A stretch of 35,972 nt of DNA from Candidatus Omnitrophota bacterium (GTDB lineage: Bacteria > Omnitrophota > Gorgyraeia > Zapsychrales > JBDRMG01): NCBI GenBank assembly GCA_043812495.1, contig JBDRMG010000063.1, positions 1 to 35,972 on the forward strand, read 5' to 3'. Shown in pieces: positions 20,101-32,100 of the stretch. The first letter of the stretch is position 1. Each line of letters starts with the position of its first letter. A model generated the notes under the pieces. The model ran no database searches. It saw only the letters and a list, made by a program, of their open reading frames with translations, and was not told where the DNA came from. The translations under genes and the position numbers were made by a program.

Positions 20101-23100
20101 TTTTTGACCATCAGGCTTAATTTCTTTTTTCTTTTTGTCGGATTGCGCGCTTCCTTCCGGAACAAGTTCCTCAATTAAGCGGACAACTGTTTCAGGATCT
20201 CCGGCGCGATCTCCACCTTTCTTCTTTCTCCCAGACCTTCCTCCCTCTCTCAGAGACATCTCCCACTCAAGCCTTTTCTGTTTTTTCGTCTCTTTAATTT
20301 TCAAAGCATCCACTCTGGCCTGTCCAATTTGCGCCCGCCACTTGGGCAGTTCTTCGTCCGTAATTTTCCCGACGGCTTTGAGCATGAAAACAATATCTTC
20401 TAAAGATAACTTCCCAATGTCCTGCATGCGCATATAAGCCCGTTCTAATTTCTTTGTTATTTCGCTTGCGCCTAATCCATGGCATTCGTTAAACATTCTC
20501 TCTAATACTTCAGAATTATAGAAAATACCCCTATAAATAGCGTCTTTATGCAATTTGAATACCCAATTCGAGAATTTGTCATCTTCAAAGCAAAACTCAC
20601 CGCTTCTGAAATACTGTATGATCCCATCAATATCTTCGCCGTGTTCTACGATAGCGCCTTCTATCGCAAATCCAATGGAAAAGTTTTGATCCCATACACG
20701 GTCAACGATTAAAACTTCTTGTTTCCAAGAATCGAACTCATCCGAAGGAATTTTACCCATATCAGCTAGCCAGAGGATGACATTGACGATATATGTATCA
20801 GCGCGCAGTTCACGGATTATATTTCGTAATTCTTTCGCAAGCCAAATGAGCTCTTCTTCCATATCACCAAGCGCTAAGACCTCATTGGCTTTTTCATTGT
20901 TTTCTCCGAGATATCTTTGTCTTAGAATTTCTGACCAGTAGATACAATTGTCAGGATGATCAAGGCGCTCTAAGTCTTTGCGCAGTGAAGCGGGCACCGC
21001 CGACGGATTACGCATCGTCTTCGCTAAAGCCGTCGCGAGCCGATACGCCTGCCATCCTTCTTCCGGCATTCTTTGTTTAATAAAAACTTCAGCGCGTTTG
21101 ACACAAAGTCTTACGTAGCCTTCGAATCTCGGATAGGCATCCTTTGCGATGTCTCTTGTCCCGGAATAAAACTTTTCGGCCCTTTCGCTTAGGAGGCGGA
21201 ATTGATCGTTTTCGCCGATTAAAGGACAAGAAGCCATGATCGATGCGATCAAAAGACATTCGCCTTGATGATCTGCGATCTTGGCAAAGTATTCACGAGG
21301 ACCTTCATAGTAGCTTTTGGCCACATCCACATAAAGCTTAGTTCCGATTTCTCCTTCATGCTTCTCAAAAGCCTGTTCAGCATCGAGCATAACCATTAAA
21401 GAAGGCAGCATCATTTTTTCTGAATCTTCTTCGTTTCTGTAATGGATCGCTAAGGAGCTTGCCAACCAGGCTATCTTCTGGATAGCTTCATATGATTTTT
21501 CTTGGCTGACATATCTTCCGGTCACAATTTGGAAAGCAAAATTGAGTACGCTTTGGACACAGGAATACTGCTTCGCCTCGTAAAAACATTGAGCAGCTTC
21601 AAGATATTTATCCAGGGCTTGTGGATATTCTTCTTTGCGCTCATACGCTTGGGCTTCGCTTTGAGCCTGGTTGGCGGCGTGCTCACTTTCTTTGGCTGGT
21701 TCTTGCGTCCTTGCATCGATGGCTTTCATTTTCTCAAAAATGGCACCGGCTGTTTTTCCATCTTCAAGGGCCAGAGCAAAAAATTTCACTGCATTGCACG
21801 CCGTTTTTGCTTCCTCAAATTTTTCGTCCTCAATGAGTTGAGCGACACGCGTTCGCCCTTTTTCGATATATCCGGTTAGTCTTTGAAGATTTCTTGTTTT
21901 GTAATCAAGCGGGAATCTTTGATTGCGCGAATACGCGTATTCAAGATATTCCGCGGCCTTGGTTAAGAATTCCATGCTTTGAGTAAAGTCGTCGTTGTAG
22001 CCCGTTGTGTCTTGATTTTCGTGAAGCCAGCCGGATGTCCACAGAAACGCGTTGAAGAGCAATTCGCCCGCGTACAAGCGGCACCATCCAGGCAATTGGT
22101 CCGTGGCAAAAATCATTTTCTGATTGGGCTGATTAAATAAGTAAAAGATGCGATAGCCCGAGAATCCGGACAATAACCCTCCGGCCCATTCATCTATTTT
22201 TGTGATGATTTTCTCAAAATCTTCCGGCGTGCGCGCGTGCTCAAGGCAGAACTGGACCATGGATGGCACTTCATTACCAAAAACTTGAGCCTTAATATAA
22301 TGACTAACGGCTTCTAAGCCATGAGTAATGGCTAATGGGTGATCATTTCCTGATGCGGCCTGGCGGGCCTTTTCGGAACTTCTGTCACCATCAATTTTAA
22401 ATTGTTCTTGAGCGAATTGTTTTTCAAGCCTTGAGATTTCTTTTCCTAAAAATTCTGGGATAAGCTTTGGTTCGTTGAGGCTCGCGGCTAAAGTGCTGGC
22501 AAGTTCAAAGGCGCATCGTGCTTCTTTAGGCATTTTTCCTTCAAAGAATACATTCATGCGGACCCTGCGTAAAAGACCAATATCGGCAACGATCCTTTCT
22601 CGGCTAGTCTCTTTAGTGATAGCCGGAGCTCTCTGATAATGAGTGTTTGCGGCTTCGGCCAAGACAATGAATTGTTCATAATCCGCGATTAAAGGATGAG
22701 AGGCCATTAAGGCAGCTGCGACCAAATGATGGCCTGGAGTTTCTTCGGCCGCTTCAAAATGCTTCTTGGCCTCTCCATATAGTTTTGCGGCTTCTTGTTG
22801 TTCATCAAAACCGTCACAAATTGTGCGAAGCACCTGACCTCTTGAGGATATTTCTATCTTATGGCCGAGTAGCTCAATGGTTACCCAGGCATGGAATATG
22901 ATCCTTCTTGGATCGTTCGCTAATCGAGAACACGCATATGCCTCTTTGGATAAATTTATGCCACGATCAACATCTTTTAGTTTTTTCACGGCCAGAGAGG
23001 CAGCTTGATAATAATAATCTGAAGCTTCTGGATAGGCTTTGAGACCTTGATGTATCCGAGCTATTTCTTGAATTGGATCTAAAGCTTTTTGATAACGCTT

Positions 23101-26100
23101 AAGCTCTTTTAATAAATTGGCTTTTCTTTCAAGGCACTCTATGGCTTCCGTTGTTCTCGAGACTTGCAGCATCGCTTCTTTCCATTGATCCAGGATCTCG
23201 ATGGCTTTGTTATCATTTCTCAGGCTGATTTTCGCCGCGATAAAGGCAGATTCGAATGCCTTTCGCGCTTGCTCATCGTTTCTTTGCGCAAGATAAAGCC
23301 TTGCAGCGCCCATATAACCGGTGCCTTTCCCGTAGTTGCCAATGGCGGCATTGTACTGGCTTTTCTGTGCATTTTGATTTGCGGCTATTCTGGCGTCATC
23401 GGCTTCTGATGTGGTTGTTATTTTTGCTTTTGGTATGGACCGGCCGGAGCTAAAATAAAAGCGCATTCTGACTCTACCATCCTCAAGGGGATATTCCTCA
23501 AAACACAATGTCCGCAAAAGTCCTACTTTTTTCCTATCGTCAATGGTCTCGATAAATTTTGCTCCCATATTTTGAGCCACTTTCATAGCCTCAATCACCA
23601 AAACAGCATGAAACCCTCTGTACCTGACGCGCGTGCGGCGTTCTAGCACTAAAGTATCAACCCTTACGGCCTCGCTCCATGATTTATATTCTCCGCCGAT
23701 AATGGCCTCTGAGCCTTTTATCTCAAATGAAATAACTCCATAGCGAAGGTCATTATAATAAACCTCAATCAAATATCTGTTCTTATAGGATCGCTCAAGC
23801 ATCAGCGTAAATTCCTGCCCATCTGTGGCGGTTATGGTGATGGGGTGATTTTCGGTAAGAACTGAATCTTCTTTCCGGTCATCATCCGGGAATACCGCCG
23901 CAAAAAGCATGAAGGCAGGTAGGTCGCAAAAGAGCATACCAGCAAGCGCTTGCTCATTGGCTAAAATAAAAAAGAGGACGGCGAAGATTAAGGGAGTAGA
24001 GAGTAGCAAGTAGCGAGTAGCGAGACGGCCAACCGTTTTACAATGCGGGTTTGTATTTATGGTCAGTCCATACGACCTTACGACATACGACATTACGACA
24101 TTGCGATATACGCCGTACGCCAAGACCAAAATGACTCCCCAAAGCACCAAATCAAGATGGACGGATCCGAGGCCGGGGAGAGAGAAAACAGACTGCATCT
24201 CTTCCGGAGAGCCTAAGGGTGAGACCAGATTTTCAACGTTCCTTGAATGGGCTAAATTGAAATAGCCTCCGCCCATAAGGAGAGTAATGGGCAAAAAGAG
24301 GATGTTTTTGGCGAGAGTTTTGGGCCAGCCCAAGTTAGGGACGTTCTTCGCCGGCTGTTGAAGGGTGTCCCCATCTTTGGTTTGAGGGGACACCCTTAAG
24401 ATCAGAGCGAAGAACGTCCCTGACAGTAATATCATCAATAATAGGCATTCTTCCGGACTATTAAAAAATAGGAATTCATTGACGCTCGTGGCTTTATCAT
24501 CGAAGTGTCCCGTGATAACACGGCCTGAATGGGGGATTGACAGAAAAGACATGCTGGGATTGAAGAGCGTGAAGGCATTCACTAATGAATAAAGTCGGCA
24601 GCTGAACGCCCCCGCATCTTGCGACAACACTCTTTGGGCTAAGGGACTGGCATAGTGGAGCCAAGATTTAGAAGGTTCGTTGATATCAAAAGCGATCATG
24701 GCAATGTCATGGCGCACAGGATGCAATTCATAATGTTCTTTGACCATTTCAACTATACCCAGCATGATCGTGCACGCACCATCAGAAATTTTCAAACCGA
24801 CGGTGAGCGTAATTCCTTCCTCTTCTTCTTTGCGCTCCTGGTTGATATCCTTTGCTGAAGACGCGCCAAACGTGATGATTTGCTGCGTTGAATGGACAGG
24901 ATATTCTTCCAAAATTCTACGCGTCATAAAGAACAGGCTGGCAAGCGTTTCGCAAGCCTTGATGTCCATGACAGGACGTAGGCCGTCTTCGGATTTATCT
25001 GTTAATTCAGAGATGGCAGAACATTCAGGATCGTCACCGTTCATAATCCTGTGAAAATCATCGCTGTCTATGCTATAGACTTTGTCTTGCTTCCTATATG
25101 TGATGGTAAGAAGGTTGCTGTATTCAACCTTTTGCATAGAAGGCACAATCGCCAGTTTTAATTCTATAGCATGATCATAAAAAGGCCGATTTTCATCATA
25201 TGGATTTGGATACACCGGACCACCCATGGCAAGGGTAACGGGCAAAAGGAGGATGTTTTTGGCGAGAGTTTTGGGCCAGCCCAAGTTAGGGACGTTCTTC
25301 GCCGGCTGTTGAAGGGTGTCCCATTCTCTCAATAGAGGGGACACCCTTAAAATCAGAGCGAAGAACGTCCCTAATCTGGATAGGCTTGCTTTGTCTTGCA
25401 TAAACTCAATAATTTGCTGTCTGTGAGACAAGGCGTAGGCCAAAGTTAAAAGACCAACGACCAAAATGAGAGCAATCAGAACATCGCCCCGGGTAAGTCC
25501 AGAAGATAACATATCCATAAGATCTTGTGGCCATAAACCAAAGCCAACAGAACCATTGAGATTTTCTTCAATTAACTTGTCAAAATTCTTATTCTTCCCT
25601 GCTTTAATCGCGCCTGCCAGACGTTTTATTGCGTCCAAATTGATTGCTTCCCCCGATGCCTTCAATGCCTTAATAAGTGCACCGATATCATCCCAGTCAA
25701 GATCATTGCGCGCGTTTATTGCATTGGATAATAACATTCTCATTTGATAATGAGCTTTCTCAAAAATGCTAAGGCCAAATACTCCATCCAAGGCCTCTGT
25801 CAGAAGCATGCCGGCGCTTTTGAATTCCTTAAACGCCTCAAGAACCTGCTGAGGCGTCATTGGAGAATCAGAGGTCTGAACGGCCAGCAAATACTCGCTA
25901 ACCATTCTTTCTCCAAAACGATGCGCCCTAATCCAAGGATATTGGTCTGTTAAAATCTCTGCAACCTTATCAAACGTCAATTCCTCTTTTACTTCTGGAT
26001 CGATTCCTAATCTTTCCTTCGCAAGCGCATCTTTTGCTTCCGCTGAGGATACGTCTCGATAAATCTCCGCTTCCGCAAGACCTGCTTGTTTTATATCTTC

Positions 26101-29100
26101 GGCTTCTTGTGGGGTGATTTCGCCTTTGCCGAGGAGTCCTTTGGTAAAATCATCCAGCGATGCTTCAAAAGTTTCTTGATTTTCAAATTGTTCTTCTGCA
26201 AGAGCTTTTGCTTGTTTTTTATACTCTCCAACTTTTATATTGTGCAAATCATTCATTTTTTTAATCTGATCTCTTGCCTGACCTAGCACGTTGTTCATTT
26301 GATCGCTATCAAGTTTATTTTCAAATGTTCCTATTGCATTTCGACGTGTTTCCTCATACTCACGGGGATCGACAGGATTATATAAACTAACAGCAAAAGT
26401 AATCTGGGTTGCAAAGGCAGCAACTGTTTCGTCTTCATCTTGCCGCTGGATTCCTCCGCCTGATCTAAGGTTCGTCATGATCCTGCGCCCAACAGATCGG
26501 AGGGTCAAATTTTTAAAGGTCTCGATTTCTCCTTGGCCAAAGACATAGTCAAAGGAGTCAATGAGATCATTGATTGTGGCTTTTAATTCTTCAAGGTTTT
26601 CACCTTGGTATCCGGCAATCAAGACATCGTTTTTCTTTTGCAATATTACCTTGTCTTTTTTGTAAGCATCTTTTCTGGCTGCCTTAACAATACCCTCAGC
26701 ATCCTCCGGATATTGTGTGAATATGGCTTCGTGCACTTGAGGTAATCGCGCAAAATCTGCCCCAAGCCCTTTTGGATCTTCGCCTAGATAGGACGATACG
26801 ATGGCATTAACGCTTGTTCGTAATTGTTTTAAATCGCTCGTTTTGATTTCACCAAGAGATCCTTTAAGACGCTCCTGAGCTAGTTTTTCGACTTTCGCGA
26901 TTTCATAATCTGTAAGATGCTCAGAAAATTGGAGTCTCAGCCGGGCAAACTCTTCTTCAAAGTTCTGAGGTCTTTGTTCAGCTATCGTGAGTGCGCTATA
27001 TCTAAACGCTCCGAATTTCTTTGAACGTGCTTCTTCTTTGCGATCAACGCTATCTTCGGCTTGCTTAAGGATCCAATCGATTCGCCCCCCTGGTATTTGA
27101 CCCGCGTATTGCTCCTCAAGATCATGAAGCCTGTTATGAAATGCATCTGGATTTCTGAAATCATAATCTATAACAGCCGCCCGAGCCTCTTCTTCTAATG
27201 TTTTCGCAAGACCTGCTTCATCTAATCCATCTTTTCGCTTGGCGATCTGTTTGGCCTCGACCATGATAGCTTCCGCCTCAGCCCGATAGGCCCAAAAGAC
27301 CTCGCCGAATGAGCCTGGTCTTCGATACCCCTCTAAATCCTCTAAAACTCCCTCACTATCTCCACCTGGATACCTATTGGCAAATCCACAAACCGCTTCT
27401 CTCAAATCATCCAATCGTTTTTCTTTTTCCTTCTGGGCAATTTGATTAAGGAAATTTTTTGCTCCCCTATGATCCTGGTCAAGTGCAAGAACCTCATCGG
27501 CCAATTGTCTTGCATCAGAAAGACGATCTTCTCTAAGCGCTGCGGCTGATTCGTCACATCGCTTTTTGATGAGGTTTTCTCTAGCGCATTCTCTGACCTC
27601 AGCTTGAATATCCTCTTTTTCTTGCTCTTTAAGATGATCTTCGTGTTGTCCGGTAAAGTCTGCGATAGCTTGTTCGATTTTTTCCGGCATGTCACATGCA
27701 ATTCCCATGAGCCTTCCCTTATATTCCTCGACTTTTTGAAGGCGATCCTCTTCTATGCCTACAATCTCAGCCCTTGCTCTATTGAGAATCTCATCGATCT
27801 TTTCTTCATCCAATTTACCTTGAAATTCTTCTCCAAGGGCACTGAGGCATTCTTCAAACGTCTCCGGAATCCTGAAGTTATAGTCATTGATGCATCCGGC
27901 TGTTCTTTCTTCCAGCAAGCGCACAAGGGATTCTTCGTCCAGATGATCTTTCTTTTTGGCTTCATTTTCCGCGACCGTCATGATGGCCCCGGCTTCTTGA
28001 GGGTACGCCTCAAAGATATCGCCGAATAATTCCGGCTCGCGGAGTTTATTCAAATCTTCCTTGAAGCCTTCAGGGTCTCCTCCCCGGTACAGCTCCACCA
28101 GTTTATTTACGTTTCCTTGCAGCCTTTCCAACGCTTTTTCTTTTTCTTTTTGCCCGATTTGGGCCAACAATGCCCTGGCGCCTTCATGGGATGGATCTTT
28201 TCCCAGCACTGCGCCGGCAAACCGCCTCGCGTCAGAAAGCCTGTCTTCCTTAAAGGCCTTTTGGGCATGGGCATAAAGAATTTTTATGCGTAACGCTCTG
28301 GCGCCTTCATGTAAAGGCATCTTTGAAAGGATTTGATCAACATACTTTTTTGCCTCCTCATAACGACCTTGATCATAGAAAGACCAGGCTTGGCCAAGCA
28401 GATCTTCCATCTCTTCAGCAAGTTTCTCATCGGCCTCTTGCTGTTTGCGCATGTCTTCCATCCATTCTGGAATTTGAACGACACGCTGCCGGATTTGATC
28501 CGCAAGATCAGCATCGGCTTTGATGGGTTCCATTTCCATCATTGTTTCAAAAAACTTTATTAATTCTTCGATCGCGATATTTTCGGTAAGGACAAGGAAA
28601 ATGCGCATTTGAACTTTAAGAAGATCTGTCTTTTGGCGGCGTTCTCTTTTCCATGTTTCCAGCTCCGTATCTTTTCTCTTTTTCTTTGCTTTTGCGGTTG
28701 ATTTTTTCCCGGCTTTACCTTTTGTTTTCTTGCCATTTCCATCGGAATGATTTTCTTTCGTTTTCCCGGCCTTGCGATCGATTTGTTCTGTTAACGCCAC
28801 TATCTCCTCCGATAACTCGCGCACCAGGAAGATGGCCACACCGCTTAAAACAGCTCTTGATTTTCTGGGTTGGGTTGGTAATTCCGCGAGAAGTGCGTTT
28901 TCGTATCGGTCCGTCGCCATCACGGGACGGAGCTCATTGGCGGCATCGTCCAGACGATCAACCTGGGCATACAGGACAGCCAAATTCAATCGGGCATTTA
29001 TGCTGTCGGAGCCAAGGGAGCGTACCTGGCAATATGATTGTACGGCTTTGTCCACCTCGCCTCTTTGCTGATACACGCTGGCCATGGCCAAATGCGCTTC

Positions 29101-32100
29101 TGGGTAAGTAGGGTCTTGAGCGAGGGCCTCTTTGGCCGCTTCTTCCATTTTGTCAATCTGCCCCATCTCGGCGTACTTCATGGCCAAATTATACAAACCC
29201 TTGGCTTTTTCCAGGCCTTCCGGCGCCAAGTCCACGGCCTCTCGATAAAACCGTGCGGCTTTTTCTTCATCCTGGAGGTGATCGCCATAGGCGATCGCCG
29301 TAAGATTCAAGAGGCCCGCATTCACGTATCCTCTTTCTCTTGCTTCTTCAAGAATTTCCGGTATTTTCTCATAACGCTTCAACTCATAATTGGCCCGGCC
29401 CAGAATAAAATAAAGATAATCTGACCGCCTTGTGTCAACGCCTTTTTCTTCCTGGAGCCTTAAGGCTTGCCGGGCAAACGAAAGCCCGGCTTCAAAGAGG
29501 CCTTCGTTGAGACAAATTTCAGCCCTGTAGCCCATGGCACTGATATGGAGGAGAATGCCGGGCTTAACATCATTGCGCAAGAATTCCTGCGTATGCGCCA
29601 ATGTTTCCTCGATATATTTCCTGGCGTCTTTCCATCGGCCGGTTATCATATAAGCCGCGCCGATGTCATGGCAGGCGACCCTGACAAATCCGGGAATCCT
29701 GAAATTCTGCGAATGGCTTCCCAAGATCGTCCGCCTGTCTTTGACGAAACGAATGAGTCTTTCGTAATCCTGAGTTTGAAAATAGAGATTAACGAGATCC
29801 ACCATCACGTCGATATTGCCCGGCTGGATGGCGATCGTTCTTATGAAGTCCTCTTCGGCCTCCTTGGATCGTCCTTGTCCTTTCAAAAGAAGCCCCCGCA
29901 CAGAATAAAGTCTGGCCTGAAATTCTTTGCGTTCGCTCGTGGAGAGTCTCGCGTCCTGCGTCACTTTTTCCGCGCGATCTGTTATTGCAAATATTTTTTC
30001 TGCATCATCGAAGCGGCTGTAGAGATTTGCGTAAATAAGAAGAACCGGGATCCTGAATGCCGGCCTTTCCTGAACGCAAGCCAATTGATCTATGCGCTCA
30101 AACACGGCGGCCAGGGTTAACAGAGTTGCTTTATCCATGTCGCTTTCGACCAACCGGCTCAAGGCTTTCTGAAGAGGTAGGTCGAAATTGTTTTCCTCAT
30201 CAAGAATGTCCCGCTCCATGGTCAGAACCGTCTGAACAAGATTCTCAATAAATGGGATATCATTCGTCACGGCAAAGTTAAAAGAAATCACGCTGGATAA
30301 AACAAAGATGCAACCGGAATCCTTTGCATTTTCAGGTTTACCCAACAATCGCTCGCAGGCCAGCCTGTTATTGTCCCGGGCTCTTTCAAGATCATTCGTT
30401 CTGGTATAAAGAATCGACAATAAATTAGGAATGCCGAATCTCTCTTGATTCAGTCTCTTCGCTGTCTCAAGATATCCGATGATTTCCTGGTCATGGCCTT
30501 CCTCGCCTTTGGCTTCAATCGCCTCCGCGAGCGAGCAAAGCATAAGAGACTTCACGGAATCCATGTCTTCCTCATCCCCTTGCTCCTCGATACCCTCAAG
30601 CGCTTCTTTTAGAAGCGCGATCGTTTGATCAAATTCTTTCTTAAGAAAACACCCTTGCGCCTTATTGTAGCAATCTAACCAGCTTCTTCTCTCGCGTTTC
30701 GACTGAAGAGCCTGACGCTCATCTTCCGACACGCCTTCGACAAGCTCGATAAGCATTGTGACAATTTTTTTCTCTCTATCTCCCAGCGGCCAGCCGTTCG
30801 TTGAATTAACGCTGTTTAAGAAATTTCTCACAAAGGAAATATTCCTCACGTTGTTGAGGGCGAACTCGTTGCGCACTCTGACCGCATAGACCTGGTATCC
30901 TTCCCGAATATGACCCGGATAAATTTCTCTGGGGAGCGCGCTTTCCAAAATGTCCCTGCGATAATCCAAATAATGTTTGGCAGCGATTTCTTGCGCGCTT
31001 TTACGAAGAAGGGCGATGCGCAAATTGCGCCTGATCTTGTCCTGCCGCGATTCTTGTGAGCTTTCAGCGTCCCATTCAGCCTCCCATGCAGTTGCTTCCT
31101 CTGGCCCTAATTGTTCCAAGAGTTCGATCAGGGCTTCCTTTCGGGCATAGGTATTGAGCGTGACGGGAGTGAACAGGCCCTCTTCGATTAATTTGCCAAA
31201 TTCTTCGTCAACCATAGCGCATAACCGCGGAACATTCTGCGCCGGAATCAGTATTTTATTCAACGCCCGTTTCTCAAACATCCAAAGACTGATGCAGTAA
31301 TAAAAGCTGTTTGAAAATTCTTCTTGGGTAAGGCCTTGGGTATTTTTCAGAACATCAGTGCGCGTATAAAGAAAGTTGTAGCACTGGATATCCAATTGTT
31401 TCCAGCATTCGTCTTTGATGTCTCTGATCGAGAAACCTGGATTTTGCGCGAGTGCGTCAATAATACGGTCGACATCTTTGCGCAATTCCCGTAATCCTGT
31501 ATCAAACCCATTGCCCTCTCTACCCGGCCCTCCATAAACAAGCCGATACACTTCCTTGAGTTTGCGTCTTGTCCCATAGTACTCTTTGGCTACGGCAACA
31601 GCGTATTGCCAGTCCCCTTCAGGTGTCCCGGGAGCAACGGGAATCCGGTTGTTCTCAATAATAAATCCTCGGAAAATATCATCAAGAAACTGAACAAGAT
31701 TTCCTGATCCCTTTTGTATGATATCAAAAGCGTTTTTCAAATCCCTCAGGCTTAATTTTGGATGATCAACGGCAAACTGCGCGAAGGTTAAAGGGAGAAT
31801 ATCGTGTTTTTGATAATAGCGGGAATTCAAAATCACGCAGGCTGCGCCTACCGAAAGAACGGCCAAGAGCATTTTCGGCAGGTCGCCTCGGTCGTCCCAA
31901 TGTTTCACGACGGCCTCATAAATGGCATCCTGGATGTCCTGCTCATCATGCCCAAAGACCTCGGCGTAAAACGGATGGTTTTTCTCAATATAGTCTTTGA
32001 GGATCAACGCCAGGAATAAGGCGCCGATATGCCCGACGGTTCTTGTTTTGGCCTGTCCTTCCGTCGTTGCAAGGACATCGGAAACAAGCCACATGATTTC

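Noticed and set aside
4031..24121. CRISPR array
   Set aside because: The repeats are short tandem units or dispersed palindromes, with no regular repeat-spacer series and no cas genes.
4138..25374. 89-bp palindromes as integron attC sites
   Set aside because: attC runs RYYYAAC...GTTRRRY. These run TTAGGG...CCCTAA, the opposite order, and no integrase is in view.
29467..30120. 217 aa + strand ORF and the many other short ORFs overlapping ORF-A or ORF-B
   Set aside because: Shadow or alternate-frame ORFs with no recognisable motif, RBS or promoter. Only 11559-11825 and 11838-12050 had family signatures.
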